Shown here piece after piece: positions 10,615 to 19,841 of a stretch of 64,000 nucleotides of DNA (within the stretch, counting starts at the first letter, position 1; each line of letters begins with the position of its first letter). Source of the DNA: Gemmatimonadota bacterium (GTDB taxonomy: Bacteria > Gemmatimonadota > Gemmatimonadetes > Longimicrobiales > Gaopeijiaceae); NCBI GenBank assembly GCA_034521595.1, contig JAXHMG010000003.1:2496001-2560000 (forward strand), in the 5' to 3' direction. Position numbers and translations under genes: made by a program. The notes below the pieces were generated by a model, which had not been told where the DNA came from, made no database searches, and worked only from the letters and a program-made list of their open reading frames with translations.

Positions 10615-11502
10615 TCAGTTGCGAGTCTGGTAGCGGTTCCGGAGGACGATCGCGACGGCGTTCATGCTGAGCAGGAGCAGCAGCAGGACGACGATTCCCG
10701 CGGCTGCGAGGGCGCGGAACTCGTCCTGTGGCCGGGACACCCAGTTGTAGATCTGGAGCGGTAACACGGTGAACCGATCCATCGGTCCCGCGGGCGTGAA
10801 GGCGAGGTACCCGACCGCGCCCACCATGATCAGCGGTGCCGTCTCCCCCACCGCCCGCGAGAGCGCCAGAATCGTTCCCGTGAGGATGCCGGGCATCGCG
10901 GACGGGAGCACCTGGGTCCGCACCACCTGCCAGCGGGTGGCGCCCAGACCATAAGCCGCCTCCCGGATCGTGCCGGGCACCGCCCGGATCGCCTCCTGCG
11001 CCGCCATGATGATGACGGGCATGATGAGGAGCGACAGCGTCAACGCGCCGGACAGGACGCTCCGGTCGAGCCGGAAGAAGCGCACGAACAGCGCCAAGCC
11101 CAGGATACCGTACACGATCGAGGGCACCCCCGCCAGGTTCGCTATGTTGGTCTGGATCGTGCGCGTGATCCAGTTCTGCGACGCGTACTCCTCGAGGTAG
11201 ATGGCCGCGGCAACCGACACCGGAAAGGAGATGAGGGCCGTGAGCGTGAGAATCCAGACCGACCCGGCGAGCGCCGCCTTGATGCCCGCCCGCTCGGGGA
11301 TCCGCGAGCCGAAGTTGACGAGGAAATCACCGTCGAGGCTCGGGAGCCCGTCGAGCGCGACGTCCGTCAGGAGCACACCGAGGGCGAGCACGCCGACCGC
11401 GGTGGCCGCGGCACACAGGCCCGCGAACAACACGCCGAGTCGTCGCCGACGACGACCCCGCGGCGTGGTCGCGCCACCGAAAGAGGGTCCGGGATCGCTC
11501 AC
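10615..11502 (-). CDS. pstA: Phosphate ABC transporter permease PstA
   Basis: [24 protein letters not shown] start overlapping the pstC stop. Confidence 0.95.
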   Translation of the reverse strand: MSDPGPSFGGATTPRGRRRRRLGVLFAGLCAAATAVGVLALGVLLTDVALDGLPSLDGDFLVNFGSRIPERAGIKAALAGSVWILTLTALISFPVSVAAAIYLEEYASQNWITRTIQTNIANLAGVPSIVYGILGLALFVRFFRLDRSVLSGALTLSLLIMPVIIMAAQEAIRAVPGTIREAAYGLGATRWQVVRTQVLPSAMPGILTGTILALSRAVGETAPLIMVGAVGYLAFTPAGPMDRFTVLPLQIYNWVSRPQDEFRALAAAGIVVLLLLLLSMNAVAIVLRNRYQTRN

Positions 11503-12434
11503 TCGTACTCCTCCCGGAAGCGGGAAAGGACCCATTGGCTCAGGATGTTCATCGCGAGGGTGATGAGGAACAGCGTCATCCCCACGGCGAACAGGGTCTG
11601 GTAGACGATCGTCCCGCGCGGAGTGTCACCGAGGGACGCCTGGACGATATAGGCAGTCATGGTCTGGATCGATTCGAGCGGATTCAGCGTCATGTTGGGG
11701 AGATTCCCGGCGGCGATGGTCACCGCCATCGTCTCTCCGATGGCCCTCGAAACCGCGAGGATGAACGATGCGATGATCCCCGAAAGGGCCGCCGGGACCA
11801 CCACCCGGGTGGACACCTCGAGCTTGGTCGCTCCCAGCCCGTAGGCGCCGTGGCGCAGCGCCTCCGGCACCGCGCGGAGGGCGTCCTCGGAAAGCGAGGA
11901 GACGGTGGGAATGATCATGATCCCCACCACGATGCTCGCCGACGCGGCGTTGAACACGTCGGTGCCCGGAAACACGCTTCGGAGGAGCGGCGTGACGAAG
12001 GTCAGCGCGAAGTAGCCGTACACGACCGTGGGGATCCCGGCGAGGATCTCGAGGACCGGCTTCAAGACCTTCCGCAGCCCGGCGGTCGAGTACTCGCTCA
12101 GGAACACGGCGGTCAGCAGTCCGATCGGGAGCGCGATCGCGGCCGCGCCCCCGGCCACCATGAACGAGCCGGCCAGCAGCGGAAGGACGCCGAAATGCTT
12201 CTCCTGGAACATCGGCTCCCAGCGAGTCCCGGTGAAGAACTCGACGACCGAGACCTGCGTGAAGAACGCCACGGTCTCGCCCAACAGGACCGCGACCACG
12301 CCGATCGTCACCAGGGTGGACGCGGCGGCGCACGCGAAGAGCAGCGCTCCGATCATCCGCTCCCTGGTGTCGCGGCTGCGGCGGAAGCTTAGTCCCGCGC
12401 CGCCGTTCGCTTGCACTTCCGATGGCTCCTGCAC
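11499..12434 (-). CDS. pstC: Phosphate ABC transporter permease PstC
   Basis: [23 protein letters not shown] motifs. Confidence 0.95.
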   Translation of the reverse strand: MQEPSEVQANGGAGLSFRRSRDTRERMIGALLFACAAASTLVTIGVVAVLLGETVAFFTQVSVVEFFTGTRWEPMFQEKHFGVLPLLAGSFMVAGGAAAIALPIGLLTAVFLSEYSTAGLRKVLKPVLEILAGIPTVVYGYFALTFVTPLLRSVFPGTDVFNAASASIVVGIMIIPTVSSLSEDALRAVPEALRHGAYGLGATKLEVSTRVVVPAALSGIIASFILAVSRAIGETMAVTIAAGNLPNMTLNPLESIQTMTAYIVQASLGDTPRGTIVYQTLFAVGMTLFLITLAMNILSQWVLSRFREEYE

Positions 12435-12458
12435 CGAGGCTCTTCCCTTGGTTCAGAG

Positions 12459-13397
12459 TCAGCCGGAGGTCCCGGCGGCCTCACGAATGAGTCGGAGCTG
12501 CTCTTCGTACTCGACCGGCGACAGTGCGTGGTACCCGGTGGACGGAACGATCTCGGCGGCTTCCTGGAGGATGAACTCGGCGAACGCACGCACCTCGGGT
12601 CGCTCGAGCGCGGTATGTTGCACGTAGATGTAGAGCGGCCTCGCGAGCGGGGTGTAGGAGCCGTTTTCGATCGTCTCGTCCGACGGCGAGACACATCCCG
12701 AGCCATTATCGACGGCGACGAGCTCGAGGGCGTCCCGGTTCTCGGTGAAGTACGCATACCCGAAGTACCCGAGCGCGTACTCGTCGCCCGCGACCCCCTG
12801 TACGAGGATGTTGTCGTCCTCGCTGGCCTGGAAGTCGGCCCGGCTCGCGCCGCTCTCGCCGTTGATCGTCTCGGTGAAGTAGTCGAAGGTGCCCGAGTCG
12901 GTGCCGGGGCCGTACAGACGGATCTCCTCATCGGGCCACTCGGAGCGCACGTCACGCCAGGTCGTCACCGAGCTTCCGGGCTCCCAGATGCGTTGGAGCT
13001 CCTCCACCGTGAGGCATTCCACGAAATCGTTGGAGGGGTTCACGATCACCGAGAGCCCGTCCCAGCCGACGCGCAGCTCCGTCATCTCGATTCCGGCCTC
13101 CTCACAGGCTTCGCGCTCGTCCTCCGCGATGGGACGGGAAGCGTTCGTGAAATCGGTTTCTCCGGCGCAAAAGCGCTGGAACCCCCCGCCGGTTCCGGAG
13201 ACCCCGACGGTGACCCGCGCCCGTGGATTCGCGATCTGGAATTCTTCGGCCAGAGCCTCGGCGACCGGGAACACCGTGCTCGAGCCGTCGATGCGGATGT
13301 TGCCCTGGACGCCGGTACCGTCACCGGTCTCGCCTCCGCATGCGGCGAGGGAGAAAGCGGTGGCAACGCAGGCGAGAGCAATGGTGGACTTCGACAT
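12459..13397 (-). CDS. pstS: Phosphate-binding lipoprotein PstS
   Basis: LAAC lipobox, DGSSTVFP, SGTGGGF, GTDSGTFDYF, YTPLARPLYIY. Confidence 0.96.
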   Translation of the reverse strand: MSKSTIALACVATAFSLAACGGETGDGTGVQGNIRIDGSSTVFPVAEALAEEFQIANPRARVTVGVSGTGGGFQRFCAGETDFTNASRPIAEDEREACEEAGIEMTELRVGWDGLSVIVNPSNDFVECLTVEELQRIWEPGSSVTTWRDVRSEWPDEEIRLYGPGTDSGTFDYFTETINGESGASRADFQASEDDNILVQGVAGDEYALGYFGYAYFTENRDALELVAVDNGSGCVSPSDETIENGSYTPLARPLYIYVQHTALERPEVRAFAEFILQEAAEIVPSTGYHALSPVEYEEQLRLIREAAGTSG

Positions 13398-13448
13398 TCC
13401 GAACCGTCCTGAAGGAAGGAGCAGCGAGATGGGGATGGTGGCTGGCAT

Positions 13449-13502
13449 ACTTTAGGGCGAATCGACGTCAGAATGATAAAGGACCGGTAACGAAACCGTA
13501 AC
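13449..13502 (-). promoter_or_regulatory. Putative Pho box (GTTAC direct repeats, 11-bp period) and -10 element upstream of pstS
   Basis: Minus strand GTTACGGTTTC-GTTACCGGTCC-TTTAT, then TAAAGT at 13454-13449. OmpR/PhoB regulators bind 11-bp-period direct repeats. Confidence 0.65.
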
Positions 13503-13523
13503 GCCCCCATGCGCACGGACCAC

Positions 13524-15260
13524 TCAGGGCGCCGGCAACGTGAAGCGGATGGTGGTGCCGCGGCCGAGCTCGCTCTCCGCCTCGACGCTCCCTCCCATGG
13601 CGCCCACGAGGTGTTTCACGATGGCGAGCCCCAGCCCCGTGCCTCCCGCGTCGCGCGCACGGGAGGCGTCCGCCCGGTAGAAGCGCTCGAAGATCCTGGG
13701 CAGGACGCTCACGGGGATTCCCTCGCCATCGTCCGAGACGTCCACGGCCACGAGTCCCTCCGCCGCTGGGCGCACTCGGACGTGCACGGTCCCTCGCCCA
13801 CCGGTGTGGCGGATGGCGTTTTCGAAGAGGTTCCGGAACACCTGCGCCAAGCCTTGCGGGTCCGCGACCGCCACCGCCTCGCCGTCGACCTCGAAATCGA
13901 TCGCCGACGTTCCGGCCGCCGCCTCGACGACCGTCCACGTGTCTCGCGCCACCCGACCGATATCGACGTGTTCCGATCCCGCGCTCCACCCTCCGGACTC
14001 CAGCCGAGAAAGGTCCAGAAGGTCGTCTACGAGGTTCTGCAGGCGAACCGTGTTCGTGTGGATCGCTTCGAGGAAGCGTCGACGCACGTCTTCGGGCGGA
14101 TCGTCCTCGACGAGCGATTCCGCGTACCCGCGGATGGACGTCAACGGCGTCTTGATCTCGTGAGAAGCGTTGGCCACGAAATCACGACGTACCGTCTCGA
14201 GCCGACGGATCTCCGTGACGTCGAGCAGGGTGGTCACGGCTCCGCCGCGATCCAGAGCACGTGACGACACCAGCACGTGGCGTCCGGCCACCTCGATCTC
14301 CCGAGAAGGCACGTCGCCACGGAGTGAAGCCTCGAGCACCTCACGTAGCTCGCGGTGTCGCACGACCGCCCCAAGGGGGGGACGTTCGCTCGTGCCCGAC
14401 GGATCCGGCAAGCGCAACATGGCCCGTGCGGTGCGGTTCGTCCGCAGAAGACGCCCGTCGTCCGTGAGCGCGATGACCCCTTCCGCCATGCAGTCGATGA
14501 GCACCTGCATCTCGTCGCGTTCCTCGCCGAGCTCCGCGAGCCGCCCTCTGAGCTCGTCGCTGAGGCGGTTGAACGCGACGGCGACGTCGCGGAGCTCCGA
14601 GACCGGCCCCGCCCGCACGCTTCCGCTGAAATCGCCCCGGGCGAGACGCCGTGCGTGGTCCGCCAGCGCCACCAGGGGGCGGGCGAACAATCTGCTCAGG
14701 AGGTACGCCGCGGTGAGCGCCACCAGCATGGCGAGGAGCCCGGCCGCTGCAACCGCGCGTTGCACGCGGTCGACCGCCTGCTCCACCTCCGTGCGCGGAG
14801 CCGCGATCCGCAGAATCATCGGCTCGGTGTTCAGAGCGCCCAACGTCGCGGCGTAGAGAAGGGGCATTTCCACGGTGGCGCTCACGCGCTCGTCGAAGGC
14901 AACGTCTTCCTCGCCCTCGAGCACCGCGCGGACCTCCGGCCGCTGGCGATGACTCTCCATCTCGCCCAGGCGCCCGGGCTCCAGATACGACTCGCCGCGC
15001 ACGACGCCCGTGGTATCGATGATCGTCACGCGGTAGTCGATGCGCTCCGTGATCGCGCGGGCCAGAGCATCGGGATCCATGTCCCCGGACCGCGCCATGA
15101 GCCCCCGACCGAGGATGAGCTGCCGCTCGAGCTCGGCCCTGAAGGTCGCGCCGAGCTCCCGGTCGAGGCCCGTGCCCACGAGCACGAGCGTGAGGACGGT
15201 GAGCAGACCGACGACCCCGAAGAATCCGGCGAAGAGCACATGGTGGATACGGAGTCGCAT
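13524..15260 (-). CDS. phoR: Phosphate regulon sensor histidine kinase (HAMP-PAS-HisKA-HATPase)
   Basis: RRDFVANASHEIKTPLT H-box, NLFENAI, FERFYR, GGTGLGLAIVKH; two TM segments; adjacent to pst and phoB. Confidence 0.88.
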   Translation of the reverse strand: MRLRIHHVLFAGFFGVVGLLTVLTLVLVGTGLDRELGATFRAELERQLILGRGLMARSGDMDPDALARAITERIDYRVTIIDTTGVVRGESYLEPGRLGEMESHRQRPEVRAVLEGEEDVAFDERVSATVEMPLLYAATLGALNTEPMILRIAAPRTEVEQAVDRVQRAVAAAGLLAMLVALTAAYLLSRLFARPLVALADHARRLARGDFSGSVRAGPVSELRDVAVAFNRLSDELRGRLAELGEERDEMQVLIDCMAEGVIALTDDGRLLRTNRTARAMLRLPDPSGTSERPPLGAVVRHRELREVLEASLRGDVPSREIEVAGRHVLVSSRALDRGGAVTTLLDVTEIRRLETVRRDFVANASHEIKTPLTSIRGYAESLVEDDPPEDVRRRFLEAIHTNTVRLQNLVDDLLDLSRLESGGWSAGSEHVDIGRVARDTWTVVEAAAGTSAIDFEVDGEAVAVADPQGLAQVFRNLFENAIRHTGGRGTVHVRVRPAAEGLVAVDVSDDGEGIPVSVLPRIFERFYRADASRARDAGGTGLGLAIVKHLVGAMGGSVEAESELGRGTTIRFTLPAP

Positions 15261-15269
15261 CAGCCTCCG

Positions 15270-16007
15270 TTATTCCCTTCCTTCGGGAATATCGAGCCGA
15301 TATCCGAAGCCCCGGATCGTGTGAATCCATCCCCCGACCTCTCCGAGCTTGCTTCGGAGTCGCCGCACGTGCATGTCCACGGTCCGAGTCTGTATCCGCT
15401 CGGAGACGCCCGATTCCAGGCTCCACGCCTTCTCGAGGAGTTGCCGGCGGCTCTGCGTCTTCCCACGCCGTTCGAGAAGCGCCTGCAGGAGCCGGAACTC
15501 GGTGGGTGTCAGACTGAGCTCCGACCCGTCGAGGGACGCCTGATGCGCTCCGACGTCCACCCGGAGCGGACCCGCCCGCAGGACCCGGCCTCCCGACGTG
15601 ATGCCCGCTTCCCGAACCCGGCGAAGGATCGCCTGGACGCGGAGCACCAGCTCCCTCGGGCTGAACGGCTTCGTGAGGTAGTCGTCCGCACCGAGCTCCA
15701 GGCCGCTGATGCGGTCTTCTTGCTCGCGCTTGGCCGTCAGCACGAGGATCGGAATGTTCACCGTGCTCGGTTCGGACCTGAGCTGCTCCAGCACGGTGTC
15801 GCCGCTGAGTCCGGGAAGCATGCGATCCAACACCACCAGATCGGGGATCTCGCGACCCACCGCGTCGAGCGCCTCGGGTCCGTTTCCGGCGGTTTCCACC
15901 CGGAAGCCTTCCCGAGTGAGTTGGTACGCGATCAATGCCGCGATATCGTGCTCGTCTTCCACCACGAGCACCCGCGGCACCACCGTGGACTTCGGGGAAG
16001 CGTCCAT
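15270..16007 (-). CDS. phoB: OmpR/PhoB family response regulator
   Basis: Receiver domain (VEDE, LDRMLP, GADDYLTKPF) and winged helix (RTVDMHVRRLRSKL, IRGFGY); context with phoR and pst. Confidence 0.88.
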   Translation of the reverse strand: MDASPKSTVVPRVLVVEDEHDIAALIAYQLTREGFRVETAGNGPEALDAVGREIPDLVVLDRMLPGLSGDTVLEQLRSEPSTVNIPILVLTAKREQEDRISGLELGADDYLTKPFSPRELVLRVQAILRRVREAGITSGGRVLRAGPLRVDVGAHQASLDGSELSLTPTEFRLLQALLERRGKTQSRRQLLEKAWSLESGVSERIQTRTVDMHVRRLRSKLGEVGGWIHTIRGFGYRLDIPEGRE

Positions 16008-16087
16008 GGAATCTCTAGAAGGGTGTCGTCATGGGGTCGTCGACCGAGAACCGGTCCCGACCGGCCCCGCCGCAGCTCCACTCGCGG

Positions 16088-17320
16088 TCAGCCCGCCCGG
16101 ATCAGCTCCTCGACCTCTCCTTCCGTGAAGGTGTGGTCGGTCTGCTTGGCCGCCTCGAAGATTCGCTTCACGAGCTCGTCGTCGCGCGGATCGTATCCGT
16201 GTTCGCGCAGCCAATACTTCACGTTCGACAGGCCCGACATCGGGCCGATCTCGATGTGCTGCTTGCGCCCGACCATGGACGCCGGAATCGCCGAGTAGAT
16301 CCGATCCGCGAGCCATGCGTCGCCCTTCTCCTCGGCCTTGATGATCGCGGCCGCGTGCACGCCCGTTCCGGTCCGAAAGGCGTCGTGGCCCACGACCGGA
16401 TACGAATGCGAGAGCGGAACCTGGCACGCCTCCGACGTGAGCCCGCAGTAGTCGGGAAGCACCGACAGGTCGGCATCGTGAACGCCGAGCAGCTGCAGGT
16501 TGACGAGCAGGAGGTCCATCTCGGTGTTGCCGCACCGTTCCCCGATCCCGAGGGCCGTGCCGTGCACCCGCGTCGCACCGGCCTCGATGGCCGCGAGCGC
16601 GTTCGCCAGACCGAAGCCCCGGTCGCGGTGCCCGTGCCAGTCGACCTCGACATCTTCCCCGGACGGCTTCACGATCTCCTCGATCACGAAGCGCACCAGC
16701 GCCCGTGTCCCATCGGGCGTGGCATGTCCGACCGTATCCGCGATACAGAGACGGCGCGCTCCCCAGGCGATCGCGTTTCCGTAGAGCGTCTTCAGGACAT
16801 CCGGATTGGCGCGCGTCGTGTCTTCGGTGACCATCAGCACCGGAAGCCCTTCGGAGACCGCGAAGGTGACCGCTTCCTCGCTGGTTTCCAGCATCCGGTC
16901 CAGCGTCCAGCTCTCGGCGTACTGGCGGATCGGAGAGCTCCCGATGAAGGTGCACGCCTCGATGGGGATGCCGACCTTCTGGCTGATCTCGACGATCGGC
17001 TTCACGTCGGCGACCACCGTGCGCGCGGCACAGTTGGGGCGAATGGAGAGCCCGGCGTCGACGATCTCTTGCGCCAGAACGGTCACCGCTTCGACCGCGC
17101 GCGGCCCGGCACCGGGCAACCCGATATCCGCCGTGTGGATGCCGAGCTGATCCATCATGTGGAGGAGCCGAACCTTGTCGTCCAGCGGAGGGTCCACGAC
17201 CGACGGGTTCTGGAGGCCGTCCCGCAGGGTCTCGTCGTCCAACTCCACCTTCTCGACGGCCGACCAGTCGAATGTCGCGCCGGTCTCGTTCCAGTCGTAG
17301 ATGAGTTCCCGCTCTTCCAT
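16088..17320 (-). CDS. LeuA/homocitrate synthase family (DRE-TIM) acyl-CoA condensing enzyme without C-terminal regulatory domain
   Basis: DETLRDG, HGHRD, GIGERCGN, AFRTGTGVHAAA; about 410 aa. Confidence 0.85.
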   Translation of the reverse strand: MEERELIYDWNETGATFDWSAVEKVELDDETLRDGLQNPSVVDPPLDDKVRLLHMMDQLGIHTADIGLPGAGPRAVEAVTVLAQEIVDAGLSIRPNCAARTVVADVKPIVEISQKVGIPIEACTFIGSSPIRQYAESWTLDRMLETSEEAVTFAVSEGLPVLMVTEDTTRANPDVLKTLYGNAIAWGARRLCIADTVGHATPDGTRALVRFVIEEIVKPSGEDVEVDWHGHRDRGFGLANALAAIEAGATRVHGTALGIGERCGNTEMDLLLVNLQLLGVHDADLSVLPDYCGLTSEACQVPLSHSYPVVGHDAFRTGTGVHAAAIIKAEEKGDAWLADRIYSAIPASMVGRKQHIEIGPMSGLSNVKYWLREHGYDPRDDELVKRIFEAAKQTDHTFTEGEVEELIRAG

Positions 17321-17415
17321 GCTCACCCTCGGCATCGGCGGTGGTCTGGATCCTCTCCATAAACATAGAGGGGGAGTGGCGACAGGTCACCGTGCGGGGG
17401 TCCCGACGCCCGACG

Positions 17416-18030
17416 TCAGTCCACACCGGCCGGAAGGTAAGGACGGGGTCGCTCATCGTAGTAGCGGAAGACCTTGTGACCGCCGCCCCGTACCAACACG
17501 TCCTTGAAGAGCTGCGCTTCGAACAGCCCTTCGCGACCCTCGACCTCGAAGAGGGTCCAGCAGTCCGTGAGCACCCGAAAGGTCGCGTACTCCCGGGTGT
17601 CGCCACGGCACTGCACCGTTCCGTACGTCAGCTCCAGATCGGCGAACATCGGCAGGAGTCGGTGGATGCTACGGCGGTCACGCAACTCGATGTTCTTCCA
17701 CGCGAAGTCGAGGGGAAAGCCGACCTCGGGCCGTGAAGCCGGGAGCTCCGGCCACACCACTTCGTTGTGTTCACGCTCGGTGAGACGGAACCCACCGAGC
17801 TCCGCCGTATCGCCGTCCACCAGAGCGCTCAAGACCCGCCGGCCGAGACCGTCGAGGGTGCCCGTCGCGCCCTCGAACGGGGCGTGTGCCTCCGCCCTTC
17901 CGGCCGGGTCGGTTGCGGGCTGGCGGCCATCTCCTTCACCACAACCGCCCACCACCACCGTGAGCGCGACGACCCACGTGGAGACCCCTCTCGATCGCCG
18001 CGTCGCCCTGGCTACCTTCTGCTGGCTCAC
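17416..18030 (-). CDS. Hypothetical lipoprotein
   Basis: GTG start with GAGGAGG RBS; basic N-region, hydrophobic stretch, VGGC lipobox-like. Confidence 0.7.
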   Translation of the reverse strand: MSQQKVARATRRSRGVSTWVVALTVVVGGCGEGDGRQPATDPAGRAEAHAPFEGATGTLDGLGRRVLSALVDGDTAELGGFRLTEREHNEVVWPELPASRPEVGFPLDFAWKNIELRDRRSIHRLLPMFADLELTYGTVQCRGDTREYATFRVLTDCWTLFEVEGREGLFEAQLFKDVLVRGGGHKVFRYYDERPRPYLPAGVD

Positions 18031-18150
18031 TTCACTACCTCCTCTGTCGGCGAAGGAGCCGGCGCCCTCGCACACCAGCCTGCGTCCGAAGCACGGAGCA
18101 GGAGCGCGGGTGTGCCTGGCATGCGAGGGGCACCGAGCACCGTCAATGGC

Positions 18151-19731
18151 TCAGTTCAACGCCTGCGTCGTCCAACCCTGGTACCAGGGCGTGGCCTCGT
18201 CCGGATCGACGCCACCGATGAAGTCGACGGCCTCGAAGAACCCGTCGTCCGGCGGGGTGGCGAAGCCATTCAGCGCGGGCGAGCCGGCTTCCGGCCGGAA
18301 GTCCGGCGAGGCACGGTCGAACGGTGCCGCGAGCATCGGATCGATGCCGAAGCGGTTGTTCCAAGCCGCGTTCGTGAAGAACGCATCCTCGTCGATCCCG
18401 TCGTCGTCGTTCGCGATATCGAGAGCATTCAACCCGACGATCGAGTTCCGGAAGGCGAGGCCGTTGTCGATCGACTCCTGATTGTCGACGTCCAGGCCCA
18501 CCGTGCCGAAGCCCACGACGATGGCGTTGCGGATGTCACCGGCGGCGCCTCGCCGAAGCACCATGCCCTGGGTCGATTCACCCGCCGCTCCTCCCGCACC
18601 GTCCACGCCCTTCCCGACGAGCGTCACGTTATAGAGCGTCGGGTCGGTGAAGGGCGTCGCCCCGAAGTCGTCCGAGTTGCCGTCGACCTCGAAGCCGTTG
18701 TCGGCGTTGTCCGGATCCTGCTGCGCGATCCAGAACTGACCGCGTCCCTGCCAGCCCGTCGAGTAGTCGAACGAGTCGTCCGAGATGCCGGTGGACAGAA
18801 GGTACTTGGCGTCCACGGTTCCGCCGAACCACTCGAAGCCGTCGTCCGAGCCGTAGTGGGTCTGCAGGTGGTGCAGCTCCGTTCCGGAACCCACGCCGTT
18901 GAGCGTCAACGCGTTCAGCTCGTTCCCGAAGCTCACCTCGAACCCGGCGAACTCGATGCGGGTGTAAACCATGCGCCCGCTGTCGTCATCGAGCACGTCA
19001 CCGCCGTACGGGCCGGACGAGCCCTCGCCCACGCATTCGTCCGCCGGGAAGTTGCAGAGGGAGCGACCGTTCAACACGACTCCCCCCCAGTCTCCACGGC
19101 TGCGCTCCCCTTCCGGGTTCTCGGAGGTGAAGACGACCGGTGCGTCGGCCGTGCCGTTGGAGAAGAGCTTCCCACCCTTCCGCACGATGAGCGCGGACGG
19201 GGTGATGTCCACGTCCCCGAGAAGCAGGGTTCCCGCCGGAACGGTCAGGCTTGCGCCGTCGACCACCGTCACGATTCCCTGGATGAAGTAGGTGGTGTCG
19301 GCGGAGAGCTCCCGATCACCGGTGATCTCACCGGTGAGGGCGGCCTCCCGGACGTCCGGGTCGAGCGCGCCGACGGCCGGGTCGCTCGGATCCGAGCTCC
19401 CGCTCGAGTTCTTCGCGATCACCCGGTAGTTGTACGTCGTCCCGGCGCTGACGCCGTCGTCCGTGTATTCGGTTTCCGTGACGTCCGTCGCGATATCGCT
19501 GAAGCTCGCGCCGGACGTCGCGGCCTGGCGCTGCACGTCGTAGGCGTCCGCGCCGTTCACGGCGGACCATGAGACGACGAGCGCGTTTCCGGACTGGCTG
19601 ACCGACGAGATGGTCGGCGCCGCCGGCGCGGTGTCCACACCGGTCGGATCCGGGTCGTCGTCACCACAGCCGGCCAGCGCCACCACGGCGAGGGTGGCCA
19701 CATGGGGAATCATATTTCTTTTACGGAACAT
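18151..19731 (-). CDS. Acidic lipoprotein with fibronectin type III domain and right-handed beta-helix-like domain
   Basis: LAGC lipobox; FN3 pattern (VSWSAV...YDVQR...YNYRVIAKN); GDWGGVVL, DDDSG, DDGFEWFGG, DDSFD, NGFEVD repeats. Confidence 0.8.
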   Translation of the reverse strand: MFRKRNMIPHVATLAVVALAGCGDDDPDPTGVDTAPAAPTISSVSQSGNALVVSWSAVNGADAYDVQRQAATSGASFSDIATDVTETEYTDDGVSAGTTYNYRVIAKNSSGSSDPSDPAVGALDPDVREAALTGEITGDRELSADTTYFIQGIVTVVDGASLTVPAGTLLLGDVDITPSALIVRKGGKLFSNGTADAPVVFTSENPEGERSRGDWGGVVLNGRSLCNFPADECVGEGSSGPYGGDVLDDDSGRMVYTRIEFAGFEVSFGNELNALTLNGVGSGTELHHLQTHYGSDDGFEWFGGTVDAKYLLSTGISDDSFDYSTGWQGRGQFWIAQQDPDNADNGFEVDGNSDDFGATPFTDPTLYNVTLVGKGVDGAGGAAGESTQGMVLRRGAAGDIRNAIVVGFGTVGLDVDNQESIDNGLAFRNSIVGLNALDIANDDDGIDEDAFFTNAAWNNRFGIDPMLAAPFDRASPDFRPEAGSPALNGFATPPDDGFFEAVDFIGGVDPDEATPWYQGWTTQALN

Positions 19732-19841
19732 CCTGTTGATCTCCTGTTATTGGATGTTGCTCGGGCCGTGAAGCCCACGACCCGCCTGCATGGCACCTTC
19801 GCCCGAACGGCTCCGGCACCGGTGGGGAGCCCTCGCCGACG

